Notes: generated by a model not told the origin, from the sequence alone. A DNA stretch of 64,000 bases from Candidatus Thalassarchaeaceae archaeon (GCA_046710875.1 JBKEHQ010000001.1:1119-65118); one strand, 5' to 3'; positions 29,674 to 40,427 are shown, counted from the stretch's first letter. Translations and numbers: made by a program.

Positions 29674-32600
29674 TTAAAAGAAATCATCCAATGTCATTAC
29701 AGTTACAAAATCATTATTGAATAACGAATCCACGCTATCTGATGTCCAATATACTCTCTGTTTAGTATACATATCTACTCCAAATTCTTCAATTACATCT
29801 TTAGTAATTTGAATATATTTTTTTACAGCCCCCTTTGATACTGTCAATACTACATTACCATTGCACATCGATCCATCATCGCCCCTAGAAATAGTATCAA
29901 AACCACTTCTAATGGTTTTTCTTTGAATGCACTTTCCTGCAAGTGGCATTCTTCTGTACTTCTCACCACATTTAACACATCTAACAGACTGCCTGGTAAA
30001 TGCCATCATATTTCCTCTCATGTCTGGTAAAAAATGTGATTGAATTACCTTTGATGCAACTAAAGTTGCATCAACAGCACGTAAGCGTTTTCCAAGGTTT
30101 AATTGACCATCCATTTTGTCTTTCATACTTTTTAGTGTTTTATATGAGGAGTTTTTTGGTCCAGCATCCAGGGGTCCAGAATCATGTGTCCACCCATATC
30201 CTCGTTTATCTCCAATTGAACCTTCTCTATGTGAAACTAAATCGACCATATTCATCATTTCACTTGGATGTGGTTGAGTAAGCGTCGATTCATAAAACGA
30301 ACTAGAATAACTCCATGAACAATCGACATTAAGTGCTTCTTTATCTATTTCACTTGGATTTATTCTTGTTGAAAGTACAAGTGGAGCATCCATCTGACCC
30401 CCTCTTCCTGATGGTAAAATAGATCTTGAAAAGTTAAGTAAACCATCTAAGAGAAGCATAATACTATCTTCATCTCCATCACAATTTCGTCTTTTAGCAG
30501 CGTGGAATAATGGGTGAGCATATCCTGCTGAGGCCTTCGTCCATCCAATTATTCTACATAGTACCCCTCCTGAAGTATGCGGGGCAAGGCCAATTCCCAA
30601 CTGACCTACTAAGTCTAATTCATGTTTAACATTATAGAACGGCTCCATTTTATAAAATCTTACTAGCAACTCATCTACAAATTTACATGTTGAAATTAAA
30701 TGCTCTTTACCATTAATTGATGGTATGAAATCCTGTGGATATAACTCTAGTATTTGATCGTCAGATTTTAATTGTTTTCCAAACATATCATACTTATAGC
30801 CTAAATTATATAATTTCTTCCAAGGAGTACCAATCTCTGATGGTTTAAAATGCGTTACTGGTACATCTATCATATCATATCTGGCCGTACCATCTCTAAA
30901 TACTGATAAATTATGCTTCGCCCTCAATATTCCTTTTTCAATTGGTTCAGGTGTTTGTAATTTTGAAATTAATTCTTTCATAGCTTTAATTCTTATTGGA
31001 AGACGTTCTAAATTTAAAGACCTTCTTTTCACTTCTAGTATCGATTCTATGGGTACATTAGTTCTTTCTCCTAGCCTTCTACGTTGTTGATTTTTATTAT
31101 TTCTTACTACAGTTCTTCCTCCACATTCAATGGGATCAGATTGATCAACTCTATTATGACAAATTATATGCCCTGAACTCTTTCCACATTTTTTACACGT
31201 TCTTGGAGACATTTCCACAGTTATTGATACTTTATTGGATGCTTGTTGCATTAGTCTCTGCGGCCCGCCAGATCCTCCGATAGGGTACAATGAATGTACC
31301 ATTGGTTTCATCTCTCTAATTCCAGATTTTTCAGGTCTACCCATTCTTGCTCCAATTCTGCAAGGAACTGCATCTTCCCACCGGATAGAAGATAAATTTC
31401 TTACTAACCATAATGTTTTATCTACATCATCATCATCTATCAATTTCATTGCATTCTGATATATTTGCATGTCGCTTGGCCCATTATCAATTATTTTACT
31501 TGCTGCTATTTCTCCAGATTTTTCTGTCTCAGATGCCTCTAATCCAGATTGCATTGCCCTTGTAGTGGCTTCTCGCCTGGCTTCTTCTCTATTTTCTCTA
31601 AGAATTTTAGACCTTTCATTTTCTTCATCAATTATAATAATAGAACTTTTTAATTTTGATAATCTATCCTTAACATAAGGCTCATAATCAGAATTTTTAA
31701 TTATTTTATTATTAGTAATTTTTAATCCAAGACCATAAAGTAATCCTTCCCAATAACGAGGTATGATTATGTCTGCACCCTGATGATGATGCTCTAATCC
31801 CAATGTCATTAACGCACATTTTATGACTCCATGTACTTTTATTTCAGATGTTTTGGGGAACTGATTAATTACTTCGTCAGGAATCAATCCTTCCAATTCA
31901 TTACCAATATTCCAATTTTTAACAACATTATTTAGTCGTAATTTACCTTTATTAACTTGTGATTTAAGTAATTCTTCAACCAATATTGGAATCACTGAAA
32001 TTGGTAAATCAGACCACCAAATATTCCATGGTGGAGGAACTGCTGTGCCAAAATTTTCTGATATCTTACATACTTGATCCCAATTTAACTGATATGTTCG
32101 TAAAAAATTAATCCATTCTCTTTTACGCCAATTCCTATCAATTTGTCTCTCTCCTCCTCTATTAATGGCCCCTGTAAAAGGAATACCTAAAGGAAACTTT
32201 TTCTTATTTATTCCTAAAATACTGGCTAAAGAGATAATTTTATCAGGGTGATCTAAAGCTTCTGCAAGGTCAGCAGCCCACCAATCCTTCGAATATGAAG
32301 ATGGTACTAAATTTTTATTATTTTCTAGGAATTCTCCAAATCCTAATAATATTTCACCCGAATCCCATATGGAATGTATCTTATTCTCAGTATCTTTCCA
32401 TCCTTCAAGAGTTTTAATTAGTTTAAAATTTCCATTTATTTCTAATATTAATGGGCCATCAATTTCTATACACGGAGTTACCGCACACGCTTTCCCAGGT
32501 CTTTCCATTTTCATCTGAGTCCCAACAGATAAAAATCCACCCATCGCTTCCATAGTAATTGGATTAATTCCTGCTGCTGCTAATCCAGTAACTCTACTTC

Positions 32601-33642
32601 TACCATATCGTAACCGAAACCCTCCAGGTTCTCCAGGTTCTCCAAAAATTGGCCTCCCAGCAATAACATCATCCATATATCTGGTAATTTTTGGAATATT
32701 TCTGGACTCAAAAATTACATCCTTTTCCTTTTCTTTTCCCTTATTAGCAAAATCTGAGATGAATTCCCATCCTGTAATTTTTAATCTTTCTACATGTTTC
32801 TTGATTTTTGGAGCTTTAAGGCACAAACCTTCTCCAATGACTAACATCACTCCACCCCTTATCCTTGTCCTGGATGTCCCATTAGAATTTATTACGTTGC
32901 GAACTTCCTTGAAACCTGCACATTCATTTTTTTCTGTTTCCTCTCCATTAATCATAACTGGACATGCTCTAACAATTGTCTCAATCTCTTCGGGGGGCGG
33001 TTTATACTGTAATCCAACACGATAAAGTCCAAATTCTTCTTTGACTCTTTCAACTTCATCTGTGGTTGGAATATATCTGCCGACACCCAACTCTCTCCGT
33101 ATCATATCGCCAATTAGCACACCGAGTGCTTGTGCAGTCCCTCCTGCAGCACGAATAGGGCCACAGAAGTCTATAGATAGAAATTCAGAGCCATCAACAT
33201 TGTTTAGAATCCTAACATCTCCAATACCTTCCAATGGGGCTACTAAAACAGCTTCAGTGAGGACGGCTAATCCAACTCTCAAACCACAGTCAATTGATAT
33301 TTGCAAATCTTTAGTTTCCTCAAATTTACTTTTTGCAACATCAACCCCTATCTTTATTGATGCTGTTTCCCTATCATGTTCTTTCAATAGTTTTCTTAAG
33401 TCATGTTCGATTGACAGATCTTTCAAGTAATCTTTCTGAAGAAGTTTTTCAGTCCTACTCGCGAGATCAGAAGCCCTTGGAATTTCTATATAATTTTCAA
33501 AGTCTAAGTTTTTTAATTTAGCCCTTGATGCCAAATTATATACTTCTTCAGTCTTATCATCTAGCCATTGCTGATACCTCTGAATTTCTCCCTCTAGAAT
33601 TTCAGAATCATATGTTTCAGTTACCGAATTTTTTATTGACAT
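29674..33642 (-). CDS. DNA polymerase II (PolD) large catalytic subunit DP2
   Basis: 1322 aa. Clearly DP2-like throughout, including C-terminal Zn-binding Cys clusters (CKKCGKSSGHIIC..., CVKCGEKYRRMPLAGKC). No intein-like HNH/LAGLIDADG seen. Confidence 0.9.
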   Translation of the reverse strand: MSIKNSVTETYDSEILEGEIQRYQQWLDDKTEEVYNLASRAKLKNLDFENYIEIPRASDLASRTEKLLQKDYLKDLSIEHDLRKLLKEHDRETASIKIGVDVAKSKFEETKDLQISIDCGLRVGLAVLTEAVLVAPLEGIGDVRILNNVDGSEFLSIDFCGPIRAAGGTAQALGVLIGDMIRRELGVGRYIPTTDEVERVKEEFGLYRVGLQYKPPPEEIETIVRACPVMINGEETEKNECAGFKEVRNVINSNGTSRTRIRGGVMLVIGEGLCLKAPKIKKHVERLKITGWEFISDFANKGKEKEKDVIFESRNIPKITRYMDDVIAGRPIFGEPGEPGGFRLRYGRSRVTGLAAAGINPITMEAMGGFLSVGTQMKMERPGKACAVTPCIEIDGPLILEINGNFKLIKTLEGWKDTENKIHSIWDSGEILLGFGEFLENNKNLVPSSYSKDWWAADLAEALDHPDKIISLASILGINKKKFPLGIPFTGAINRGGERQIDRNWRKREWINFLRTYQLNWDQVCKISENFGTAVPPPWNIWWSDLPISVIPILVEELLKSQVNKGKLRLNNVVKNWNIGNELEGLIPDEVINQFPKTSEIKVHGVIKCALMTLGLEHHHQGADIIIPRYWEGLLYGLGLKITNNKIIKNSDYEPYVKDRLSKLKSSIIIIDEENERSKILRENREEARREATTRAMQSGLEASETEKSGEIAASKIIDNGPSDMQIYQNAMKLIDDDDVDKTLWLVRNLSSIRWEDAVPCRIGARMGRPEKSGIREMKPMVHSLYPIGGSGGPQRLMQQASNKVSITVEMSPRTCKKCGKSSGHIICHNRVDQSDPIECGGRTVVRNNKNQQRRRLGERTNVPIESILEVKRRSLNLERLPIRIKAMKELISKLQTPEPIEKGILRAKHNLSVFRDGTARYDMIDVPVTHFKPSEIGTPWKKLYNLGYKYDMFGKQLKSDDQILELYPQDFIPSINGKEHLISTCKFVDELLVRFYKMEPFYNVKHELDLVGQLGIGLAPHTSGGVLCRIIGWTKASAGYAHPLFHAAKRRNCDGDEDSIMLLLDGLLNFSRSILPSGRGGQMDAPLVLSTRINPSEIDKEALNVDCSWSYSSSFYESTLTQPHPSEMMNMVDLVSHREGSIGDKRGYGWTHDSGPLDAGPKNSSYKTLKSMKDKMDGQLNLGKRLRAVDATLVASKVIQSHFLPDMRGNMMAFTRQSVRCVKCGEKYRRMPLAGKCIQRKTIRSGFDTISRGDDGSMCNGNVVLTVSKGAVKKYIQITKDVIEEFGVDMYTKQRVYWTSDSVDSLFNNDFVTVMTLDDFF

Positions 33643-33784
33643 TCCGTCACCCCCCGTCCAGTCATATAATTCACGACCACACTAGGCCGCACAAGAACAT
33701 TGACTGTAATAATGCCCTTTTTGAGACTTATTTAGGATAACGTTCTTGCCACTCTTACATCTCCCGGATTAAGGTAATGTACAG

Positions 33785-34369
33785 ATGACTCCAATCAATG
33801 AAGCAAAATTAAACCTTATCAATAAAATAAAAGAACTGGCATATCTATATTCTCCAAATGAACATTTTACATTGGCAAGCGGACGTAAAAGCCCTCATTT
33901 TTTTGATATGAAGCCAGTTATGATGAATCCGGAATGTGCCCATTTATTGGGAATATTGATTCATGATGCCATCAACGATTTTGATAGAGTAGATGCCATT
34001 GGAGGACTAGAATTGGGCGCTGTTCCATTGACGGGTATAGCCATTGCTAAAGCAGCAAAGGGCTCCAAATTAAAAGGATTTATTATTCGTAAAGAGCCAA
34101 AAGGTAGAGGAGGAAGGAAGACTGGAAATCCTCCTGGAATTGAGGGAGCAAGTATCACTAAAGGTGAACATATTATTTTACTTGAAGATGTTACTACAAC
34201 CGGCGGTTCAGCACTTAAAGCTGCAAAAATTCTTCAAGATATAGGTTGTAAAGTTGTAGGTTGTATAACTATACTAGATAGGCAAGAAGGAGGAATCGAA
34301 GCTTTTGCTGAATCTAATATTCCTCTAATCCCACTAGTACTTAGATCAGATATTTCTGGAGAGAAATAA
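33785..34369 (+). CDS. pyrE: Orotate phosphoribosyltransferase
   Basis: PRPP-binding motif ILLEDVTTTGGSALKA. About 194 aa. Confidence 0.85.
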   Translation: MTPINEAKLNLINKIKELAYLYSPNEHFTLASGRKSPHFFDMKPVMMNPECAHLLGILIHDAINDFDRVDAIGGLELGAVPLTGIAIAKAAKGSKLKGFIIRKEPKGRGGRKTGNPPGIEGASITKGEHIILLEDVTTTGGSALKAAKILQDIGCKVVGCITILDRQEGGIEAFAESNIPLIPLVLRSDISGEK

Positions 34370-34768
34370 ATGTCCCAGCATCGTATAGATACGGAAGAAC
34401 TTCCATATCTTCCTGAAAAAATCCCCAAAAAAGAATATTTAGGGATACAAGGATTTTTTTCTCTCGATATGAGGGTCGGAGAGGTATTAGAGGTTGAACA
34501 ATTTCCTGAAATGAAAAAACCTTCATATAAAATAAAAGTGAATTTTGGTCCTGTAATTGGTATACTTTGGACTTCAGCACAGGTTACTAACTATTCAAGA
34601 GGAGAATTAATTGGTCGTAAAGTAGTAGGGGCAATTAACTTAGGAGACAAAACTCTCCCAAATGGTTTCATATCCCAATTTCTAATTCTAGGGGCATTAG
34701 AATCTGATGGTACAGTACAACTTTTACAAGTACCATCTAATACGCTTCTTGGCTCAATTATTTCATAG
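34370..34768 (+). CDS. tRNA-binding domain protein (CsaA/Trbp111/EMAP-like OB fold)
   Basis: LDMRVGEVLEVEQFPEMKKPSYKIKVNFGP pattern of the Myf/tRNA-binding domain. Confidence 0.65.
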   Translation: MSQHRIDTEELPYLPEKIPKKEYLGIQGFFSLDMRVGEVLEVEQFPEMKKPSYKIKVNFGPVIGILWTSAQVTNYSRGELIGRKVVGAINLGDKTLPNGFISQFLILGALESDGTVQLLQVPSNTLLGSIIS

Positions 34769-34835
34769 TAAAATTTCCAATATTATATGGTAATAACCGT
34801 TATACTCAATAACCTTATTCCATCCCTTACATAAT

Positions 34836-35321
34836 ATGACTTATGTTACAATGACTACAACTCTAGGGGAAATACAGATTGAACTCTATACCGAGGATTG
34901 TCCAGAAACAACCTCCAACTTTCTAAAGTTAGTAGATGATGGTTTTTATGATGGCTTACATTTTCATCGAATAATTAAAGATTTTATGATTCAAGGAGGT
35001 TGTCCAAAATCAAAAGACCCCGAAAGCAGAGCTGCAGGTACAGGTGGCCCAGGATGGCAAATACCCTGTGAGGCTTCAGCGCTTGCAAAAACACATGATA
35101 AACCCGGACTCTTTTCTATGGCAAATGCAGGGCCAAATACTGGCGGATCACAATTTTTCTTAACAACCGTTTCAACTCCATGGTTAGATGGTAAACATGC
35201 AGTTTTTGGCGAAGTAGTAAAAGGAATGGATATAGTAAAAGCAATTGAAAACCAATCTACTAATTTTAGAGATAAGCCAGACACACCCCAACAAATAATA
35301 TCAGTAAAAAGATTAGCTTAG
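34836..35321 (+). CDS. Peptidyl-prolyl cis-trans isomerase, cyclophilin type
   Basis: HFHRIIKDFMIQGGCP, GTGGPGW, SMANAGPNTGGSQFF cyclophilin signatures. Confidence 0.9.
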   Translation: MTYVTMTTTLGEIQIELYTEDCPETTSNFLKLVDDGFYDGLHFHRIIKDFMIQGGCPKSKDPESRAAGTGGPGWQIPCEASALAKTHDKPGLFSMANAGPNTGGSQFFLTTVSTPWLDGKHAVFGEVVKGMDIVKAIENQSTNFRDKPDTPQQIISVKRLA

Positions 35322-35385
35322 TTCAATAATATTTAATTTAACATATAATAATATAGTTTATTAATAATTATTAACTGGGTTATGT

Positions 35386-36987
35386 ATGGGAAAGCACCAC
35401 GCTGGAGATCGAAGAATAATAACTATCAGTTTACCAGAAGATATTGCTAAAAAACTAGATTTAAATGTCGGTAAGGGTAAAGATACTGGGCGTTCAGCAA
35501 CTATTTGTAAAATGATTTCCGAATCATTAGACTCTAAAATTCCAAAGATAGTCAAAGCAACTGATATATCTTCTATAAGTCCTAAATTAATCACTGGTAA
35601 AATAAGAGAAGAAGTCGATACTATGGGAATAGTTGAAGTGCCCGCAGATCGATATTATGGAGCACAAACTGCAAGATCTTTAATAAATTTCAAAATAGGT
35701 GATGATATCATGCCTCGATCAATAATAAGGGCATTTGGAATATTAAAACAATCAGCAGCTGAAGTTAATATTGAGTTAGGAGAGTTAAATTCAGAAATTG
35801 GTAAATTAATAGTCAGTACCTGTGATGAGGTCATATCTGGAAATTTAGATGATCACTTCCCTCTTCGTATTTGGCAAACTGGTTCTGGTACCCAAACAAA
35901 TATGAATGCTAATGAAGTAATTGCAAATAGGGCAATTGAAATGGTTAATGGCGTTTTAGGAAGTAAAATACCTGTACATCCAAATGACCACGTAAATATG
36001 GCACAATCAAGTAATGATACATTCCCAACTGCTATGCATTTAGCTGCAGGAGAAGAAATATATCATAAATTATTACCTTCGGTAAGATTTATGAAATCTG
36101 AATTTGAAAAGAAAGTAATTGAATTTGATGGTATTATAAAAATTGGACGCACACACCTTATGGATGCAGTTCCATTAACTCTTAGCCAAGAATTTAGTGG
36201 ATATGTTGCTATGCTAAATGCAGATATAACGAGGATTGAATTTATACTAACTGATCTATTTGAATTGGCCCTAGGTGGGACTGCAGTAGGAACCGGATTA
36301 AATTCCCATCCTGATTTCGCAAAACTAGTCGCTCTAAAAATGGCAGAAAAAACAGGACTTCCATTCGAAACAGCTAACAATAAATTTGCACAATTGGCAG
36401 CACATGATGCAGTAGTTTCAGCATCTGGGGCATTAAACACACTATCAGTATCATTAATGAAGATTGCAAATGATATACGTTGGTTAGCATCGGGTCCACG
36501 CTGTGGATTTGGCGAACTATCTCTTCCAGCCAATGAGCCTGGATCTAGCATAATGCCGGGTAAAGTAAATCCTACACAAGCCGAAGCAATGACGATGGTT
36601 TGTTGCCAAGTTATGGGTAATAACTCTGCAATATCTATTGGAGGCAGCCAGGGTAATTTCGAATTAAATGTTTTCAAGCCAATGATGATACATAATCTTC
36701 TTCACAGCATCAATCTTTTATCTGATTGCTGTAATTCATTTACAAATAATTGTATTATTGGTATTACTGCAAACAAAAGTCAGATAAATAAACACCTTGA
36801 AAATTCTTTAATGTTAGTTACAGCGCTAAATTCACACATTGGATATGATAATTCAGCCAAGATAGCCAAACATGCACATAAAAACAACCTAACATTAAGA
36901 CAGAGTGCAATTAAGTTAGAACTCTTAACTGATAAACAATTCAATGATTGGGTAGTTGCTAAAGATATGACAGGGCCAAAGAAATAA
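35386..36987 (+). CDS. fumC: Fumarate hydratase class II
   Basis: [17 protein letters not shown] signature (fumC form). [20 protein letters not shown] aligns with the canonical N-terminus. The ORF as tracked adds about 75 N-terminal residues (see findings). Confidence 0.85.
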   Translation: MGKHHAGDRRIITISLPEDIAKKLDLNVGKGKDTGRSATICKMISESLDSKIPKIVKATDISSISPKLITGKIREEVDTMGIVEVPADRYYGAQTARSLINFKIGDDIMPRSIIRAFGILKQSAAEVNIELGELNSEIGKLIVSTCDEVISGNLDDHFPLRIWQTGSGTQTNMNANEVIANRAIEMVNGVLGSKIPVHPNDHVNMAQSSNDTFPTAMHLAAGEEIYHKLLPSVRFMKSEFEKKVIEFDGIIKIGRTHLMDAVPLTLSQEFSGYVAMLNADITRIEFILTDLFELALGGTAVGTGLNSHPDFAKLVALKMAEKTGLPFETANNKFAQLAAHDAVVSASGALNTLSVSLMKIANDIRWLASGPRCGFGELSLPANEPGSSIMPGKVNPTQAEAMTMVCCQVMGNNSAISIGGSQGNFELNVFKPMMIHNLLHSINLLSDCCNSFTNNCIIGITANKSQINKHLENSLMLVTALNSHIGYDNSAKIAKHAHKNNLTLRQSAIKLELLTDKQFNDWVVAKDMTGPKK

Positions 36988-37024
36988 AATAATATTGGGC
37001 GAAGATAACCAAGTTGGGAGCAAC

Positions 37025-37058
37025 AGAGAACAACGCCTATGGGGGGGCGTTGTTCTCT
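37025..37058 (+). terminator. Perfect 13-bp stem-loop downstream of fumC
   Basis: AGAGAACAACGCC-tatggggg-GGCGTTGTTCTCT lies 38 nt after the fumC stop. Confidence 0.45.
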
Positions 37059-37559
37059 GAATACTCCGCAGGGTCTGGTTCCATTTTAGTCGTAAGACGT
37101 TTAATTTTCCCAGGTAGCTACTCATAATCCACTAAGGATTATTTTGTTTGATGTTTCCATCTTTTCCGACTTTTGATAAATTACTTTTTCATTTGCCGTT
37201 TTTGTTTCTATTACCAATTCTCACTGGTTCTTTTCACAAAACTAGTACCATTACACTCCACGATTTTAATCGCGCTCGTTTTTGCGTGTTTCTCTTTCAA
37301 TTTTACTTGATTGTTCCTCACGACACAACTCAGGATTGTCTCCTCCCCCTTCTTGTGTGTACCTCTACGGTATGGTATCTGATTCGGTTTTGTTTTCCCC
37401 GCCTAAACGTTCGGTTTTGTTTTCCTCAGCCCCTGTTGTTTATTTTTCCATTCTTTCGTTTGGATATTTCCACTTCAGTTCTACCGCCGTCTCAATCACC
37501 CACAGGTGATCTCGACTATTGCCTCGATTTCTTTTCAGAAATCGATTTTACTACCCCAA

Positions 37560-37727
37560 ATTTGAGGCTCGGTTTTTGTGGCCCGCGGATTAGCCGAAGC
37601 GTCTCCACACCACTCCCTCGGAGCAGCAAGGCAAATAGGGAGATGCCTGGCTTTTAAATGTTTCGGCAATAAAGCCGCAGTACACTGGAAATGCCCCTCC
37701 AATTACGTTAATTTCCACTGAAATTTT
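37560..37727 (+). ncRNA. Candidate structured RNA with an RNase P RNA / SRP RNA-like conserved motif
   Basis: CUCCACACCACUCCCUCGGAGCAGCAAGGCAAAUAGGGAG resembles the E. coli M1 RNA segment CUCCACCCGGAGCAAGGCCAAAUAGGGG and also the SRP RNA helix-8 GGAAGCAGCCAAGGCAGAU. Locally GC-rich within an AT-rich intergenic region. The P4/CR-I consensus was not found, so the call is tentative. Confidence 0.25.
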
Positions 37728-38804
37728 TTAATCACGAAGTTTTCTTATTCTCTCTTTGAGCAGTGACCTCTTTTCATCATTTACTACAAATTTATTTGAG
37801 GATTTCAAGCGACGATTCAATACCTTTTCTTCGATTAAGAAAATTTTACCTTCAGAATCGCCAAGGACTAAAATTTCACCATTACTTTTCATTTTTCTTA
37901 TTCTTGAATTATGTTTTATATGATATTTTAATGCCCCTGAATCAACATCAATTATGCTAATTATGGAATTAGTTGTCCAAGTCGAGACCCATAAACAATC
38001 AATGCTCTCAATCAATGGGCCATTGACAATTTTATCTATAATTCCGTTAACATTATATTCCCAATTATTTTCTTTAGAGTATATCATTCCAGATTCTAAT
38101 CCAATAACCATATCTTTCATAACTTCTATTGCCTTTACCGGATAATCTCCTATTTTTACTTCCTGAATTTCATCTTTGTTTAATACTGTAATCAATCCAT
38201 TACTATGCCCAAGGTAAATAATTTGATCTTTTTTAAATCCAGCTGTAATTGGATTTTCATTTTTTAATGATACATATTCGACTTTTTTTCCGGGTATAAT
38301 TTTCCCATATCCACATTTGGGTCTACTAAGTCCTACGCATACTCCATATTTTGTTGAACAGAAAAACCACGGCTTACCTTCTATAATCCACTTTTCTATA
38401 ATTTTTCCATTTTGATCTAAATGCCATATTATTGATTCAGAATAGTTAGAAATATGTAGGTCATATATTGAGGAACTAACCCAAATATCACCATTATTCA
38501 CTTGGACAAAATCACTCAAACCTTCTAATTTTAAACTCCATAAAATTTTACCTTCTAACAAATCAATTGAGTGCACATTACCTTCTTCAGTCAAGTATAC
38601 TTTTTTTTCAAAAACAATTAATTCCGAACATGGGCCTTCAAACTTATTTCTCCATTTCTCAATTCCTGAATTTATAGACCAACAAATCAATAATCCTTCT
38701 TTTGAACCGACTATTAGATAATCATCATGATTACTAATTACTGTACATTCACTATTCAAACTACGTACAAATGAAGAGATATCTTCTAATCTCATATATT
38801 CCAT
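37728..38804 (-). CDS. Beta-propeller repeat protein (PQQ/WD40-like)
   Basis: 358 aa with periodic about 40-aa beta-rich repeats ending in W/G-rich turns (LLICWSINSG, KILWSLKLEG, IIWHLDQNG). Confidence 0.5.
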   Translation of the reverse strand: MEYMRLEDISSFVRSLNSECTVISNHDDYLIVGSKEGLLICWSINSGIEKWRNKFEGPCSELIVFEKKVYLTEEGNVHSIDLLEGKILWSLKLEGLSDFVQVNNGDIWVSSSIYDLHISNYSESIIWHLDQNGKIIEKWIIEGKPWFFCSTKYGVCVGLSRPKCGYGKIIPGKKVEYVSLKNENPITAGFKKDQIIYLGHSNGLITVLNKDEIQEVKIGDYPVKAIEVMKDMVIGLESGMIYSKENNWEYNVNGIIDKIVNGPLIESIDCLWVSTWTTNSIISIIDVDSGALKYHIKHNSRIRKMKSNGEILVLGDSEGKIFLIEEKVLNRRLKSSNKFVVNDEKRSLLKERIRKLRD

Positions 38805-38827
38805 AATATTGACTCCCTGTGTTAAAT

Positions 38828-40324
38828 TTATATTCCATAAAGATCTTTTATCTTATTTTTTAAATAATTTATAAATTCATCAGACGATGGTGGTGAACCG
38901 GTGGCTTCTTCTATCAGTAAAGCGGGTTCCAGAATACTTCCTCTGGAATGTATATTTTCTCTCATCCAATCTAACAATGATGAAAAATCTCCTTCTTTAA
39001 TTTGACTTTCTAAATCTCCCAAGTCTTTCCTTGCAGAAGTTAAAAGTTGAGCAGAATACAAATTACCCAACGTATAAGTTGGGAAATAACCAAATGCACC
39101 CATTGACCAATGAACATCTTGCAATACCCCTAATGTATCATTAGGTGGAATAACACCTAAAAATTCTTCATACATATTATTCCATACTTTTGGTAAATCA
39201 TCAACTTCTATATCTCCACTAATCAACATCTTTTCTATTTCATATCTTATCATTATGTGGAGATTATAGGTTGCTTCGTCAGCCTCAACTCGAATTAAAC
39301 TAGGCTCTATTAAATTCACTGAACGCCAAAGATCTTCTGGAGTAACATCTATCATATTATCAGGAAAACTTTCTGCCCACAATGGTAGCGACCATTCGCA
39401 AAATGCCAAAGATCTACCAATCTGATTTTCCCATAATCTACTCTGACTTTCATGAATTCCAAGGCCATTTGCCTTTCCTGCTGGTTGAAAATCTAATGCC
39501 CTTGGCCTTCCTTGTTCGTATAGGCCGTGCCCTGTTTCATGCATTGAACCATAGAGGGAACCAAACGGTTCAGTCTCTGAGTACCTAGTTGTCCATCGTA
39601 CATCATCAGGATTAGGCCCTCCGCAAAATGGATGTGTAGAAGAATCTCTTCTGCCGGCATCAAAATCAAAACCTATTGATTCAGAGACCTTTTGACTTAG
39701 GAATTCTTGTCCTCGTTGATTCCAAGTACTCTTTTCAACCCATTCCATGTTAGGCCTCTTGCCGTTGTCCATTACAGATTTAATCAGTGGAGCAACACTT
39801 TCTCTCAAGTTAGCAAATAATGGGTCTAATCTGGACACAGTGAGTCCGGATTCATAATTATCAAGTAAAGCATCATATCGTAATTCTTCATATCCTAAAT
39901 AATCCGCCTCTTGCCTAACTAAATCTATCATTTTCTTCAAGTCATCTCTAAATATTGAAAAATCATCTTTCGCACGTGCCTCAGTCCATGTTACCATGGA
40001 CCTAGATCTATGCTTTGCGACCTCAATAACAAATTTAGTAGGTAATTTTGTCGCTTTATCATATGATTTTCTGATTAATCTTAGATTACCAGATTGAACC
40101 TCATTTAATTTCTCATCATTCTCTAATTCTATTAAGAGTTCACCAATTCGCAAATCCGTCATTTTAAGATGACCACTAGAAGATAGCCATGCTAATTGTT
40201 CCGCCCTCAAAATCGAAGCATTCGGAGGCATCATTACTTCCTGATCCCAGCTTAATAATCCACCAATTTGTTCTATTAAATCAATCTCTTTCATCTTATC
40301 CATCAATTCTGAGTAAGCAGACAC
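38828..40324 (-). CDS. Carboxypeptidase Taq-like metallopeptidase (M32 family)
   Basis: MHETGHGLYEQG (HEXXH within the M32 HE(T/S)GH signature). About 498 aa. DxRxT-like segments. Confidence 0.85.
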   Translation of the reverse strand: MSAYSELMDKMKEIDLIEQIGGLLSWDQEVMMPPNASILRAEQLAWLSSSGHLKMTDLRIGELLIELENDEKLNEVQSGNLRLIRKSYDKATKLPTKFVIEVAKHRSRSMVTWTEARAKDDFSIFRDDLKKMIDLVRQEADYLGYEELRYDALLDNYESGLTVSRLDPLFANLRESVAPLIKSVMDNGKRPNMEWVEKSTWNQRGQEFLSQKVSESIGFDFDAGRRDSSTHPFCGGPNPDDVRWTTRYSETEPFGSLYGSMHETGHGLYEQGRPRALDFQPAGKANGLGIHESQSRLWENQIGRSLAFCEWSLPLWAESFPDNMIDVTPEDLWRSVNLIEPSLIRVEADEATYNLHIMIRYEIEKMLISGDIEVDDLPKVWNNMYEEFLGVIPPNDTLGVLQDVHWSMGAFGYFPTYTLGNLYSAQLLTSARKDLGDLESQIKEGDFSSLLDWMRENIHSRGSILEPALLIEEATGSPPSSDEFINYLKNKIKDLYGI

Positions 40325-40427
40325 GAACCTCCGAGATTGTTCTAAGACACATAGGTTACGGATAGAGTCTTAATTAATTGACTTAATTAAACATCTTCTT
40401 TCAAAATAGAATCAAATTTCCGAACTA

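Noticed and set aside
31235-31678. Sense-strand small ORFs inside the DP2 gene
   Set aside because: Shadow ORFs opposite a 1322-aa, well-supported polD gene.
37148-37657. 169-aa + strand ORF (and nested 75-aa ORF 37282..37509) inside the fumC-downstream region
   Set aside because: The translation is F/L/P/S low-complexity, produced by the pyrimidine-rich DNA. It has no SD or start context, and the region looks noncoding or RNA-like.
36988-37727. Possible CRISPR array or mobile element in the large intergenic region
   Set aside because: Only one 16-nt direct repeat pair is present. There are no regularly spaced repeats, no cas genes, and no transposase or integrase nearby.
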